Below are positions 38,948 to 50,005 of a DNA stretch of 64,000 nt, in pieces. Each line of letters starts with the position of its first letter. Position 1 is the stretch's first letter. Source of the DNA: Candidatus Aenigmatarchaeota archaeon (GTDB taxonomy: Archaea; Aenigmatarchaeota; Aenigmatarchaeia; Aenigmatarchaeales; Aenigmatarchaeaceae); NCBI GenBank assembly GCA_043802485.1, contig JAZDKZ010000007.1:32001-96000 (forward strand), in the 5' to 3' direction. The position numbers were made by a program, and so were the translations under genes. Below the pieces are notes generated by a model that was given only the letters and a program-made list of their open reading frames with translations, did not search any database and was not told the origin of the DNA.

Positions 38948-39175
38948 ATGGTAGTAGAATGGATAAAAAACCTTACAATAACCTTTGTGACCACTGTTCT
39001 CGTAATCGCGCTGAGCATAGTCTACTTTGGCTTGTTGTTATGGGTAGTGAAAATAGCAAGCGAGGCGTTTTTCGGACCAGGCTTGGATGCCAACTGGGCA
39101 GTTTTTGCAGCTGCAATAATGTCAGCAGCCACTGTCATAGCAGGCGCCTTGGAAAAGAAGCCTTCTAAGAAATAG
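38948..39175 (+). CDS. small 2-TM protein
   Basis: 75-aa hydrophobic ORF. Confidence 0.7.
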   Translation: MVVEWIKNLTITFVTTVLVIALSIVYFGLLLWVVKIASEAFFGPGLDANWAVFAAAIMSAATVIAGALEKKPSKK

Positions 39176-39215
39176 GCTTTCCTTTTTTTTAATTTTATTA
39201 ACTACATAATGGATA

Positions 39216-40046
39216 ATGATTATTATGGCTCTGTCTGAAATCCTAACACCAATAAACATGTTGGAATCTGTGTTAGTGATAGTTTCAGCATACTTGATAG
39301 TCAAATTCTTTGAGAAAAACCTCATCAACCCCATGGCAAAAAGGGGAGAGAAGAGAAGCGTCGTAATACCGCTGAAGAGGGTAATATCGATAATAGTATA
39401 CCTGATAGCGTTTGTCCTGATTCTGATAATTTTCAATATTGACGTCACTGCTGCTTTAACAGGTTTGGGTGTGGGGGCCATAATCTTAGGCTTCGGCCTG
39501 CAGGACATAGTCTCCAACTGGGTCTCTGGAATAATAATAACAGCAGAGAGGATATACAAGATAGACGACGTCATCAAAATCGGCGACATCACAGGCACTG
39601 TCAGGGACATAAGCCTCAGGTCGACCAAATTGACCACCTATGACAAGAACGACGTGATAATACCCAACTCCCAGATAATAAAGGAGAAGGTGGTGAACCT
39701 CACCGGAGGCAGCAGCGAGTCTGTTTCTTCCATAACGTTCATGATAGACTACACATCTGACACGGACAAGGCAAAGAAGGTCATGGAAAAGGCCCTGAGA
39801 AAGGACGAAAACGTCGTTTTCGATGAGAAAAGAAAGAGGGAAATAAGGTTCATAGTGAGGAGCAAGGAGTGGACAACAGAAGTAGAGGCGCTTTTCTGGA
39901 TAAACGTGCCAAGAAGCGAGGAGTTCATAAAATCAAGGCTGACGCAGGCAATCAAAAAGGAGTTCGAAAGGGAGAACATAATACCTACAATACCGGCTTT
40001 CTTGAGAAAGGGCTACATACACGCCAGGAAAAGGCCCAAAAGATAG
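39216..40046 (+). CDS. mscS: small-conductance mechanosensitive channel
   Basis: GFGLQDIVSNWVSG, GTVRDISLRST, IPNS. Confidence 0.92.
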   Translation: MIIMALSEILTPINMLESVLVIVSAYLIVKFFEKNLINPMAKRGEKRSVVIPLKRVISIIVYLIAFVLILIIFNIDVTAALTGLGVGAIILGFGLQDIVSNWVSGIIITAERIYKIDDVIKIGDITGTVRDISLRSTKLTTYDKNDVIIPNSQIIKEKVVNLTGGSSESVSSITFMIDYTSDTDKAKKVMEKALRKDENVVFDEKRKREIRFIVRSKEWTTEVEALFWINVPRSEEFIKSRLTQAIKKEFERENIIPTIPAFLRKGYIHARKRPKR

Positions 40047-40089
40047 CATTAAAGGGGGTTATAGACGTACTAATTCTTAAGGTGTTTAA

Positions 40090-40374
40090 TTGGGAATGAT
40101 AAAAGAATTCATGGATTTCGTGAAAAAACAAAACATCGTATCAGTTGCGCTGGGTTTAATAATCGGTTTTGCAGCCAAGACATTGATAGACGCTTTGGTA
40201 GCAGACATTATAAGTCCTTTATACACGCCGTATATGGGATTAGACGCTGAAGCGGCGGTAACAGTGGGCTTGTCAACGTTCAAGATAGGCCATTTCATAG
40301 AAGCATTGGTCAGTTTTCTAGTGATTATGTTGGTAGCATTCTTAGTCGCAAAGAGTATGAAGAATAAGTTATAA
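40090..40374 (+). CDS. mscL: large-conductance mechanosensitive channel (short)
   Basis: IKEFMDFVKKQNIVSVALGLIIG, LVADIISP, GHFIEALVSF. Confidence 0.85.
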   Translation: MGMIKEFMDFVKKQNIVSVALGLIIGFAAKTLIDALVADIISPLYTPYMGLDAEAAVTVGLSTFKIGHFIEALVSFLVIMLVAFLVAKSMKNKL

Positions 40375-40473
40375 ACGCGCATACTCTTTTTTTCTTTATT
40401 TTAATTAGCTTTAAATAATTTAGAGATATACTTACATACACATATTTTTGTAATAAAAACGAGGTGGTAAAAA

Positions 40474-42126
40474 ATGAGTAACGGACAAATGCAAATGGGA
40501 GGACAGCCTATTCTGGTTTTGCCTGAGGGCACATTTAGAACATTGGGCAAGGGAGCCCAATACACTAACATATCAGCGGCAAAGGCAGTGGCAGACGCTG
40601 TTAGGACAACCCTGGGTCCAAAAGGCATGGACAAGATGCTTGTGGACAACATGGGAGACATTGTAATAACGAACGATGGAGTCACAATTCTTGAGGAAAT
40701 GCAGCTAGAGCATCCAGCAGCTAAGATGCTTGTGGAAGTCGCCAAGACGCAGAACGAAGAAGTGGGCGACGGAACGACTACAGCAGCTGTTTTAGCAGGC
40801 GAGTTGCTGAAAAGGGCAGAAGAACTCTTGGAACAGAACATACACCCGACTGTCATAACAAAGGGTTACAAGCTGGCAAGGGAAAAGGCACTGGTAATTC
40901 TTGAAAAAATTTCAGAAAAGGTCACTACAGATGATATCGACGTTCTCAAAAAGATAGCAATAACATCAATGACAGGCAAGAGCTCTGAAAGGGCCTCAGA
41001 TCAATTGGCAAAGCTGATAGTAGACGCAGTCAGAACTGTCATGGAAACAGTGGATAATAAAATAGAGATAAACAAGGATAATATCAAGCTGGAAAAGAAG
41101 GGGGGTGGCTCATCCGAAGATACAGAACTGATCAGAGGCGTCATAATAGACAAAGAAGTCGTGCACCCAGGAATGCCAAAACGTGTCAAGTATGCAAAAA
41201 TCGCTCTGATGGACGCGTCGCTTGAGATAGAGAAGACGGAGACAGACGCGCAGATACAGATAACATCGCCCAACCAGCTGCAGGATTTTCTTGACCAGGA
41301 AGAGAATATACTAAAGAATATGGTAGAGAAGGTAGTATCGTCTGACTGCAACGTTTTGTTCTGCCAGAAAGGCATAGACGACGTTGCGCAGCACTTCCTT
41401 GCAAAAAAGGGCATACTGACAGCAAGAAGGGTGAAAAAGTCCGACATGGAAAAGCTTGCAAGAGCGACAGGCGCAAAGATAGTGTCAAACATCTCTGACC
41501 TTTCTGTCAACGACCTTGGCAACGCAGGCCTTGTGGAAGAGAGGAAGATTGCAGGCGAGCAGATGATTTTCGTCAGAGAGTGTAAGAATCCAAAGTCTGT
41601 TTCAATCCTGATAAGAGGCGGCACAGAACATGTCGTTGACGAGGTGGAAAGGGCAATGGAGGACGCGCTCGGAGCTGTGGTTTCTGCTTTGGAAGTCGGC
41701 AAGGTTGTGGCAGGCGGAGGCGCTCCAGAAGAGGCAGTCGCAAAAGGCCTGAAAGAGTTTGCTCAGAGCTTCTCTGGAAGGGAGCAGTTGGCTATACTGG
41801 CCTTTGCAGACGCGATGGAGATAATACCAAGGACCCTGGCAGAGAACGCAGGCCTTGACCCGATAGACATTCTGGTCGAACTGAGGTCTGCCCATGAGAA
41901 AGGCAAGACCACGGCCGGAGTCAACGTGTACACCGGCAAGATTGTCGACATGAAGGAGCTCGGTGTCATCGAGCCTTTGAAGATAAAGACGCAGGCGATA
42001 AAGTCTGCGGCAGAAGCAGCTGAGATGATCCTTAGAATCGACGACATAATCTCTGCAGGCAAGCTTGACAAGGGCGGAATGCCGTCAATGCCTCCAGGCA
42101 TGCCTGGAATGGGCGGAGGATACTAG
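40474..42126 (+). CDS. ths: thermosome subunit (group II chaperonin)
   Basis: [23 protein letters not shown] tail; GAGGTG SD. Confidence 0.97.
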   Translation: MSNGQMQMGGQPILVLPEGTFRTLGKGAQYTNISAAKAVADAVRTTLGPKGMDKMLVDNMGDIVITNDGVTILEEMQLEHPAAKMLVEVAKTQNEEVGDGTTTAAVLAGELLKRAEELLEQNIHPTVITKGYKLAREKALVILEKISEKVTTDDIDVLKKIAITSMTGKSSERASDQLAKLIVDAVRTVMETVDNKIEINKDNIKLEKKGGGSSEDTELIRGVIIDKEVVHPGMPKRVKYAKIALMDASLEIEKTETDAQIQITSPNQLQDFLDQEENILKNMVEKVVSSDCNVLFCQKGIDDVAQHFLAKKGILTARRVKKSDMEKLARATGAKIVSNISDLSVNDLGNAGLVEERKIAGEQMIFVRECKNPKSVSILIRGGTEHVVDEVERAMEDALGAVVSALEVGKVVAGGGAPEEAVAKGLKEFAQSFSGREQLAILAFADAMEIIPRTLAENAGLDPIDILVELRSAHEKGKTTAGVNVYTGKIVDMKELGVIEPLKIKTQAIKSAAEAAEMILRIDDIISAGKLDKGGMPSMPPGMPGMGGGY

Positions 42127-42188
42127 TCCCCCGTTTCTTTTCATTTTTTTCTTAAACATTTATATATCGGTTCATTAAAACTATCTTT

Positions 42189-42683
42189 ATGCCAGACGAA
42201 CGTTCTGACGAATCTTACGAAATCATACCAGTCACTCCATTGAAGAGGATGGAGAAGAGATTGGATGCGATTGAGAGTTCTAGCGCTGTTCCGCAGCTGC
42301 AATCGCTGATTAACCAGATAATAGAGCTCATAAGGAGCAACCAGAAGATTGTTAACGATGTTATTCAAGCAAACGTCGAATTAAGGAACGCACTTTCCAA
42401 GATGCCTTCAAAGATTGACGAGATGACAAGCACGATGAAAAGCTTCATCTCTTTGATAGAGACTGCTGGCAAGGAAGAGATGTCGACTCCAGGCCCTGAG
42501 CTGATGAGGCCTGTGACAGATGAACTAAAGAAGATGGTTGACCAGAACCAGAAGATACTTGAGACCAACCAGTCCATGATAGACAAGCTAGATATTCTGG
42601 GCAGAAAGGCGAGGAGAGGAACGCCTGTCTCAGAGTTGCTGTCGTCCTACCCGAGCGTCAGGATGAAAAGGGACAGACAATGA
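42189..42683 (+). CDS. coiled-coil hypothetical protein preceding the pilus locus
   Basis: 164 aa, heptad-like. Confidence 0.7.
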   Translation: MPDERSDESYEIIPVTPLKRMEKRLDAIESSSAVPQLQSLINQIIELIRSNQKIVNDVIQANVELRNALSKMPSKIDEMTSTMKSFISLIETAGKEEMSTPGPELMRPVTDELKKMVDQNQKILETNQSMIDKLDILGRKARRGTPVSELLSSYPSVRMKRDRQ

Positions 42684-42767
42684 CAGTCTAATGATAACAG
42701 AAGAATTATATACTGGAAATACCAAACACATTTATATAAGGAAGTCGAAGAATAAAGAGGTGAAAAA

Positions 42768-43175
42768 ATGAAGGGAGTAAGCGCAGTAATTGCAGTTATT
42801 TTGATTTTAATGATAGTTGTTGCTATGGCTGCATTGGCTTATACCTGGTTCACATCAATGACTACAGACCTCATGACAAGCACGGGCCAGAGCATAAATA
42901 AAACAACAACACAGATGGCAAAGGGCTTTTCCATATCATCTGCTGGCTGCAACGCCGGTGCTCTGCAGTTTGCCATAGTAAACACTGGTACAGGTGTGTT
43001 GCAGGCTGATCAGGTCGAAGCGTCTTTGGACGGCTTGGATGCTAGCACAAGCAACCCAGGCGGAACAATACCAGAAGGTGGTTCCCAGGTTTACACGGGC
43101 GGTTCTTGTGTCGGCGGTGAGACTCTGAGAGTAGTCATAGAATCTGGTTTAGCAATGACAAAAACTGTAGAGTAA
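42768..43175 (+). CDS. archaeal type IV pilin (probable major pilin)
   Basis: MKG|VSAVIAVILILMIVVAMAALAYTW class III signal; GAGGTGA SD. Confidence 0.9.
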   Translation: MKGVSAVIAVILILMIVVAMAALAYTWFTSMTTDLMTSTGQSINKTTTQMAKGFSISSAGCNAGALQFAIVNTGTGVLQADQVEASLDGLDASTSNPGGTIPEGGSQVYTGGSCVGGETLRVVIESGLAMTKTVE

Positions 43176-43273
43176 ATGACCTAGCAACAAGAGACTAGAC
43201 TTTTTTTATTATTTTTATAATTTTATTTCTTTTTTATTCAATCTATATATTCTGGGGAATGAATTTATCTATA

Positions 43274-43774
43274 ATGAAGGGCCAGGCAGAGGTAATAGTC
43301 TTCATTCTTCTGTTTCTAATAGGCATAAGCCTTTTCGCGTCAGCTACAATATGGGGCAGGAAGATTTTCGAGGATAACATGGACTTCACAAAGCTGGAGG
43401 CCGCTGAAAAGATTATGATTGACATTGACAATGGAGTGTCCAACGTAATAAAGTTCGGAGGCATTAAGGAAATAGCGTATCCTCTAGACGGGACCGTAGA
43501 GATAGTAGACACTAAAACCATAGAAATCAGGACGCCACTGAAAATAGAAATACAGGAAGAATGGATAAACATCTCTGAAGGGAATTCCTATATCAGGGAA
43601 AAGAAGGACGGCGACGACCTTGTTCTACAACTAATCTATCCTGACGGCGACTACATAGTAGAATTCTTCACTGACGGTTCAAGCCTTGACAGTCCCAACT
43701 ACATAAAGCTGGAAAAGAACGAGACGTTCACCAATCCGACGTCTAGGATTAAAATAAAAATAACCTTTATGTAA
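43274..43774 (+). CDS. minor pilin-like protein
   Basis: MKG|QAEVIVFILLFLIG. Confidence 0.8.
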   Translation: MKGQAEVIVFILLFLIGISLFASATIWGRKIFEDNMDFTKLEAAEKIMIDIDNGVSNVIKFGGIKEIAYPLDGTVEIVDTKTIEIRTPLKIEIQEEWINISEGNSYIREKKDGDDLVLQLIYPDGDYIVEFFTDGSSLDSPNYIKLEKNETFTNPTSRIKIKITFM

Positions 43775-43783
43775 TTATCTCTT

Positions 43784-44206
43784 ATGAAAGGTCAGTATCT
43801 GACGCTAGAGTACGTCATATTCTTCGTTATCGGCTTAATACTAATCGTCTCAGTCTATCACATATTCTCTGACCTTAATCTAGAATACGAGAAGCATACC
43901 ACAGAGTACCAGCTCAGAATGACAGGCCATATGATAATGGGGACGGTAATAAGGGTGTTTGAGACATCGGAGCACACCAACACCAAGATAAGCTACGACC
44001 TGAAGATACCTGAAAGGCTTTCAAACTGCATATATTCCGTGACCCTTGCCGGCGGTCGTCTGAGACTTGACTGCGTAGAAGGCATAGACCTCGGGGTTGA
44101 TTTAACATCGTACAACTTTAATATTGAAATAAAAAATAATATAATATACAGCAGCAATGGCTTGATTCATGTAGCTGCTGAAAACGGAGAGATTGATTTA
44201 GAATGA
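43784..44206 (+). CDS. minor pilin-like protein
   Basis: MKG|QYLTLEYVIFFVIG. Confidence 0.8.
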   Translation: MKGQYLTLEYVIFFVIGLILIVSVYHIFSDLNLEYEKHTTEYQLRMTGHMIMGTVIRVFETSEHTNTKISYDLKIPERLSNCIYSVTLAGGRLRLDCVEGIDLGVDLTSYNFNIEIKNNIIYSSNGLIHVAAENGEIDLE

Positions 44207-45954
44207 GTGTCAAACTTAGAAGGCCTGTGAAGAGAGTAAACCTTTACAAAGTCTTCACAAAAGCTGTCATCGGCTACAAGGAATTGGAAAGTCAGAGAAG
44301 AAATGAAAGGTCTGGAATTCCCCAAGGTTACATTCCCTACCCATTTCCGGCACCGAGCCTCAAAGTAGAGAAAATGGAAGTGGAAAAGCTTGAAGAAAAG
44401 GAAAAGAAATCCTCTATACTAGAAATGGGGTCCACTATAAGGATGAGGGAACCTGAAATGGACCTAAAGTCTATAAACATCGTTTACACTCTGATACCTT
44501 CAAACGACAAGACGCCGTTCGCAAGCGCCAACATAAAGTGGAGCAGAAGGGAATCAGGCCTTGTATATTATCTCATCGAGCCTGTTCTTTCCGACGAAGA
44601 GAAGAAGCTGCTAAACAACATAAAACTGGCATTGGTAGAGAAGCTTGACGTGGACTTTAAGACCCTGAGAAAGGATGATGCAAAGTCCTTCCTGGCGAAA
44701 AAGTTTGAGGACACGATAAACCTTATGGCAGCTGAGCTGCCATATCAAAAGAGACAGGCTCTTTTCTATTATGTGCAGAGGGATTTTGTCGGGATGGACA
44801 AGATAGAGCCGATGATGCAGGACCCGAACATAGAGGACATATCATGCGACGGTGTCGGCATACCTATTTACATATTCCACAGGAACCCGCTGATAGGAAG
44901 CATAAGGACGAACGTGGTCTTTGAGGACTGGGATGAACTGGACACGTTCGTGAGCAAGATGGCGCAAAGATGCGGCAAAAACATTTCGATCGCAACCCCC
45001 ATGATAGGAGGCAGCCTGCCAGACGGTTCTAGAGTTCAAGCCACGCTTGGAACAGACATAGCAAGAAGGGGAAGCAACTTTACGATAAGGAAGTTCACAA
45101 AGAAGCCCCTGACACCAGTCAACCTGATAAATTTCAAGTCAATGGACCCCAAAATCGCGGCCTACCTCTGGTTGGCGATAGAATATGGAAGGTCTGTTCT
45201 TGTAAGCGGCGGAGTGGCAACAGGAAAGACAACCATACTCAACGCCATGTCCTTGTTCATAAAACCTGAATTGAAGATAGTGTCGATAGAAGACACTGCG
45301 GAACTTGTACTGCCGCACCCTCACTGGGTGCCTGGCGTTGCAAGAACAGCGATAACAGAGGTTGCAGGCAAGAAAATCGGAGAAGTGGACCTGTTCGACC
45401 TGCTGCGAGAGTCGATGAGGCAGAGACCAGACTACCTCATAGTAGGAGAAGTCAGAGGAAGGGAAGCATACGTATTGTTCCAGCAGATAGCAACAGGCCA
45501 CCCAAGCATGTCCACCATACACGCGGACTCCATGGAAAGGCTGGTAGACAGGCTGACAACGCCGCCAATCAACCTTCCGGCTTCTCTGATAGAAACATTG
45601 GACATAGTAGTGTTCATTGTTAAGATGAAATACGGCCAGACCTATGTAAGAAGGATAAAGAGCATATACGAGGTTCTAGGCTTTGACAGGGAGAAGAACG
45701 TACCCTTAGTAAACGAGGTCTATAGTTGGGACCCTCTCAGCGACACGTACAAAAAAGTCAACAAATCAAACGTGATAGAGAAAATAAGCCTGCAGTTCGG
45801 CATAGCAAAGAGCTCCCTTGATATGGAGATAGCGAACAGGACCAAGATAATGCAGTGGATGGTCGAGAACAAGGTGGATGACTACATAGATGTGGCAAAG
45901 ATAATCAAGCTCTACTACACGAGAAAGCAGGACCTACTAGACGAGATCGGATGA
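44203..45954 (+). CDS. type IV pilus assembly ATPase (FlaI/TadA-like)
   Basis: GGVATGKTT, SIED, RQRPDYLIVGEVRG, TGH..MSTIHA. Confidence 0.93.
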   Translation: MSVKLRRPVKRVNLYKVFTKAVIGYKELESQRRNERSGIPQGYIPYPFPAPSLKVEKMEVEKLEEKEKKSSILEMGSTIRMREPEMDLKSINIVYTLIPSNDKTPFASANIKWSRRESGLVYYLIEPVLSDEEKKLLNNIKLALVEKLDVDFKTLRKDDAKSFLAKKFEDTINLMAAELPYQKRQALFYYVQRDFVGMDKIEPMMQDPNIEDISCDGVGIPIYIFHRNPLIGSIRTNVVFEDWDELDTFVSKMAQRCGKNISIATPMIGGSLPDGSRVQATLGTDIARRGSNFTIRKFTKKPLTPVNLINFKSMDPKIAAYLWLAIEYGRSVLVSGGVATGKTTILNAMSLFIKPELKIVSIEDTAELVLPHPHWVPGVARTAITEVAGKKIGEVDLFDLLRESMRQRPDYLIVGEVRGREAYVLFQQIATGHPSMSTIHADSMERLVDRLTTPPINLPASLIETLDIVVFIVKMKYGQTYVRRIKSIYEVLGFDREKNVPLVNEVYSWDPLSDTYKKVNKSNVIEKISLQFGIAKSSLDMEIANRTKIMQWMVENKVDDYIDVAKIIKLYYTRKQDLLDEIG

Positions 45955-45958
45955 TAAG

Positions 45959-46831
45959 ATGGACCTATGGCAGACACTCAAGCAGCTATCCTTCAAGTTC
46001 TTTGGAAGAAGTCTAGAACCCTTTATCAATTATTTTGACAGCATAAAGCCTGACCTGATAAGAGCAAACATCGGCCTGAGCCTCCAGGAATACGTATACA
46101 TAATGTTCTTTGTGATACTTGCCACATTCATTGTGGAGTTCCCGTTCATAGTCATAATAACATCGCTTCTGCTCCGTGACGCAATAAATGCTTTCCTGCT
46201 ATCATTCACACTTACTGTGGTCATACTGATAGTCCAGTTCTTTATTTTCTATACTTATCCCAGCATGGTTGCTGGAAGGAGAAAAAAGAACATAGACTCG
46301 TCTCTGTCTTTTGCGACAACGTACATGGCGACTGTGGCCGCGTCAGGTGCCCCTCCCATCACAATGTTCAAGGTGATGGCAGAATTCAAGGACTATGGCG
46401 AGATATCACAGGAAATGGGCAAGATATACAGGGATGTTGAAGCTTTCGGGATGGAGCTTGTAGAGGCAATAAGGAAAACGGCAAGCAGGACGCCTTCTGA
46501 GGAGCTGAAAGAATTGTTGTGGGGCCTGGAGACAACACTGTCAAGCGGAGGGAACGTCGGAGACTTTCTGCACGAGAAATCAAGACTCTTCATAGCAGAG
46601 TACAGAAGAAGGCTGGAAAAGTATTCAAATACACTGTCGATGCTAATAGAAGTTTATCTTACTGTTGTGCTCATCGGTTCCATTTTTTTCATAATCATGA
46701 CAGCGCTCATGTCAATCATAGGAGGAAGTTCGGGCACGTTCATGATGTTTTTGCAGTTCGCAGTAATTTTCCTAGTGCTGCCATTCGTTTCAATAGGGTT
46801 CATTTTATTGGTTAAGACGATATCGCCTTAA
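45959..46831 (+). CDS. T2SSF/TadC-like membrane platform protein
   Basis: YGEISQE, RTPSEELKELL, TM layout. Confidence 0.88.
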   Translation: MDLWQTLKQLSFKFFGRSLEPFINYFDSIKPDLIRANIGLSLQEYVYIMFFVILATFIVEFPFIVIITSLLLRDAINAFLLSFTLTVVILIVQFFIFYTYPSMVAGRRKKNIDSSLSFATTYMATVAASGAPPITMFKVMAEFKDYGEISQEMGKIYRDVEAFGMELVEAIRKTASRTPSEELKELLWGLETTLSSGGNVGDFLHEKSRLFIAEYRRRLEKYSNTLSMLIEVYLTVVLIGSIFFIIMTALMSIIGGSSGTFMMFLQFAVIFLVLPFVSIGFILLVKTISP

Positions 46832-46833
46832 GC

Positions 46834-47820
46834 GTGAGAAAGATGAAAAAGAAAAGCGACAAAAAGTTCGATGTCAAGGAAATCGTGTCAAACATAAAGC
46901 CGACGCAGATACCGTTCATAGTGGCCGGCTTTATCATACTTCTAGGGCTGGCTTTCTACCAGAACGTCGGTGTGATGTGGAACCTGATTGTGCTGGGCAT
47001 AATAATCGCAGTGGCGCCCTACGCTCTCATAACCTATTTCGAGTATGCAAAGATCAAAGCGATAGAAGACCAGCTGCCAATATTCCTGCTAGACCTAGCC
47101 GAATCGCAAAAGGTCGGCCTAACTCTGCACGAGTCCCTGAAGCAGGCATCCAAAGTGGACTATGGCAAGCTGTCGCCCGAGATAAAGAAGGTCTACCACC
47201 AGCTTTCGTGGGGCATAAGGGTGCAGGACGTGTTCGAAAACTTTTCAAAGAGGATGAAAAAATCAAAGCTGATATCAAGAGTAGTGAGCATAATCAACGA
47301 GACGTATATTTCTGGGGGCGACATCGGAAGGACAATGGAATCCACTGCCTCTGACATAACAGCCATAAACGAGGCTGAGAAGGAAAGAAGGTCGGTGACA
47401 TCACAGCACACTTTCATCATGTACGCGATATACTTCATCTTCATAGGGATAGTCGTGGGCCTATCCCAAACGCTAATACCTCTCCTCAGCATCGGAGCTG
47501 AAGGGCAGGCGGCAGGAGGCATTGGAGGCATATTCTCTTTCGAGGACCCATGCATACAGTGCGAGGGCTCCAACGATATACTCTGCATAAACTGCCCTAT
47601 CTTCTCTGTAGTATGCCAGATGCTGGACCTTGAGTCTGGAGGAACTTGCTACTACAATGCCCTGTTCGTTCTGATGGCAGTGGTCCAGGGCATATTCTCG
47701 GGCCTGGTCGCAGGACAGATAGGGGAAGGCTCTGTATCAGCCGGCTTGAAGCACAGCCTGATAATGACAATATGCGGCTTCAGTGCTTTGGTGATACTGC
47801 TGAAATTCGGGTTTATGTGA
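46834..47820 (+). CDS. T2SSF/TadB-like platform protein with Cys-rich loop
   Basis: DYGKLSPE, QGIFSGLVAGQIGEG...GLKH. Confidence 0.88.
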   Translation: MRKMKKKSDKKFDVKEIVSNIKPTQIPFIVAGFIILLGLAFYQNVGVMWNLIVLGIIIAVAPYALITYFEYAKIKAIEDQLPIFLLDLAESQKVGLTLHESLKQASKVDYGKLSPEIKKVYHQLSWGIRVQDVFENFSKRMKKSKLISRVVSIINETYISGGDIGRTMESTASDITAINEAEKERRSVTSQHTFIMYAIYFIFIGIVVGLSQTLIPLLSIGAEGQAAGGIGGIFSFEDPCIQCEGSNDILCINCPIFSVVCQMLDLESGGTCYYNALFVLMAVVQGIFSGLVAGQIGEGSVSAGLKHSLIMTICGFSALVILLKFGFM

Positions 47821-47824
47821 TGTT

Positions 47825-48244
47825 ATGAAAGGCCAAATGAGAATCGAGTTCATTGCAGGGATATTGATATTCGTCATAATAATAGTCTTCATTGTCAACC
47901 AGACCAACATAACTTTCTCAAACCTCCTGACCGATTCTAGGGCAGACATACTGAAAGCAAAGGCTTTGAACTCGATAACAATACTCACGGAGGACGTAGG
48001 AAACGATAGGATCGGTCTGGCAACAGCGCCGCTGGAACTTTCGATGGTAAAGATAAACAATCTTGATGCAAACTGCCAACTGCTGGAAGACTTTGAACTG
48101 GGATCATACAGGCTAAAGATTTACAATTCCACAAGCATGATACTTTTCTGTGGCTACGAAATGTCATCGCCGCCAAGGTCGATAGAAACCAGGTACGTAA
48201 AAATAGGGAACGATTATGGAAACGTAACATTGGAGTTGTGGTAA
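47825..48244 (+). CDS. minor pilin-like protein
   Basis: MKG|QMRIEFIAGILIF. Confidence 0.8.
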   Translation: MKGQMRIEFIAGILIFVIIIVFIVNQTNITFSNLLTDSRADILKAKALNSITILTEDVGNDRIGLATAPLELSMVKINNLDANCQLLEDFELGSYRLKIYNSTSMILFCGYEMSSPPRSIETRYVKIGNDYGNVTLELW

Positions 48245-49369
48245 ATGAAAGGCTTTGTATACCTGCTGGAGATAGCCGTGACGTCCATACTCATAGTGGT
48301 GATACTAAGCACGTTCTTCGGGATAAGAGTGAAGCAGAACTGGGACACCTCTGACTTGATAGGCGTAGGCAACAACATAATAAACTACCTAGACAAGGAC
48401 GAAAGCTTCTTCCTGAAAGTTCTTGAAAAGAATTTCACCTACATCGAAAGCACAAAGCCTGCCAACATAGGCTACGGTGTTAAGGTAAGGGGCTCCCCAA
48501 AAACAGAGATAATCGTTGGATGCACGCAGTCTCCTCTCTACCAATACACAGAAAGCATTCTTACTCCCGCATATGTCAACAACAGGTTCATCACATTCAT
48601 TATGGAGGATTATGACATAAGGAATGACATACCAAACCATCTTGACGCCATTGTCCTTATCAACTTTACAAACTATACGATAGAGAAGGATAAGATACTG
48701 AAATATCTTGACGAGGGCGGTGTTGTCATCGGGATAAATGCAACCAATGTAAACAACAACGCTGATTTCAACGAAATATTCGGTCTATCATCTCCGGGAT
48801 TCCCGAGCGGTGCGAACACATTCGTTCCATATAATCCTTCAAAAGAGGATGTGGAAAAGTACTTTATGGGAATAGGCTTCGATGTTACGGATGAATGGTA
48901 CATATGGGAAGAGCGATGGACAGTCACATATGGTTCAAATTACATAAATGTATCAAAGGGTGGCGAGGAAAGAAACTTCCTGAATAAAGGAGAAACGTTT
49001 GACTTGAACGGCCACACGTTCAAGGTGAACAGAATAGGTTCTGGAGAAGCCAACATCCAAGCTACCAGAACAGGATTCATCTTTGAAGATTTTTCTGATT
49101 TAAATGATGTGCAGGGCAATAAGATAGTGGGACCTGGAAGCGCAGCATCAATGGCGTCCAACGGGAAGGCGATATGGATATCTGACTTTCCCTGGAGCGA
49201 CGAGTACAGAACCCTGGTAAAGTCTGCCATAATCTCGAGAAACGACGAGTGGACTGCCAGAGGAGTTTACACGACAAGGGAAACCACGACAGTTTCATCG
49301 TTCTTTTCCCTTTGCTGCGACATGACCGAGGTCTCGGAACTAGAGTTAACATTGTGGTATGTGGTATGA
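48245..49369 (+). CDS. large pilin-like protein (possible adhesin)
   Basis: MKG|FVYLLEIAVTSILI. Confidence 0.75.
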   Translation: MKGFVYLLEIAVTSILIVVILSTFFGIRVKQNWDTSDLIGVGNNIINYLDKDESFFLKVLEKNFTYIESTKPANIGYGVKVRGSPKTEIIVGCTQSPLYQYTESILTPAYVNNRFITFIMEDYDIRNDIPNHLDAIVLINFTNYTIEKDKILKYLDEGGVVIGINATNVNNNADFNEIFGLSSPGFPSGANTFVPYNPSKEDVEKYFMGIGFDVTDEWYIWEERWTVTYGSNYINVSKGGEERNFLNKGETFDLNGHTFKVNRIGSGEANIQATRTGFIFEDFSDLNDVQGNKIVGPGSAASMASNGKAIWISDFPWSDEYRTLVKSAIISRNDEWTARGVYTTRETTTVSSFFSLCCDMTEVSELELTLWYVV

Positions 49370-49998
49370 AATTCTGTTTCGTATGTGGGAAGAAGACTAA
49401 CGAGCTTGTAGACGGGTACTGTGAAGACTGCTACAATGACAAGTTTAGCCTGCTGAAAGTGCCGAAGGAATTGACTGTCAAGATGTGCACCAGGTGCAAC
49501 ATGATAAAGCACAGGAACAGGTGGATGGATATAAAGGTAGAGGACGTCCTGAGAGACAAGATAGAAGTTCTTGGTAGGGCGGTGGACCTGAAGATAGATA
49601 TTGATGACAATATAACGATAAAGGCTAAAGGCTTTCTAAAGGATTGCAAGAAATCAAAAAAGGAAAGCTATGACATAAGGCTGAAAATAAACAAGATAGT
49701 ATGCCCCACATGCTCCAGAGCCTCTGGAGGGTACTATGAGGCAATAATACAGTTGAGAGGAAAAACAGAAGAAGCCATGGATTTCCTGGTCGACCAGGCT
49801 GTCAAGGAACAGAAAAACTACAGAGCAGAACAGAAAGGCAGATGTTTCGACGTGTACATCATGGACAAGCACTTTGCCAACAGCGTAGCAAACGCGATGA
49901 TAAAGAGATTCAAGGCCAGAATCAAGAAGAGTTTCAGGATTGTCACGAAAAAAGAAGGGAAAGATATTTATAGGAGCGTAATTGTAGTAAGGATTTAG
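49366..49998 (+). CDS. NMD3 family protein
   Basis: FCFVCG..CEDC, CTRC, CPTCSRASGGYYEAIIQLR. Confidence 0.88.
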   Translation: MKFCFVCGKKTNELVDGYCEDCYNDKFSLLKVPKELTVKMCTRCNMIKHRNRWMDIKVEDVLRDKIEVLGRAVDLKIDIDDNITIKAKGFLKDCKKSKKESYDIRLKINKIVCPTCSRASGGYYEAIIQLRGKTEEAMDFLVDQAVKEQKNYRAEQKGRCFDVYIMDKHFANSVANAMIKRFKARIKKSFRIVTKKEGKDIYRSVIVVRI

Positions 49999-50005
49999 TG
50001 TTTGA

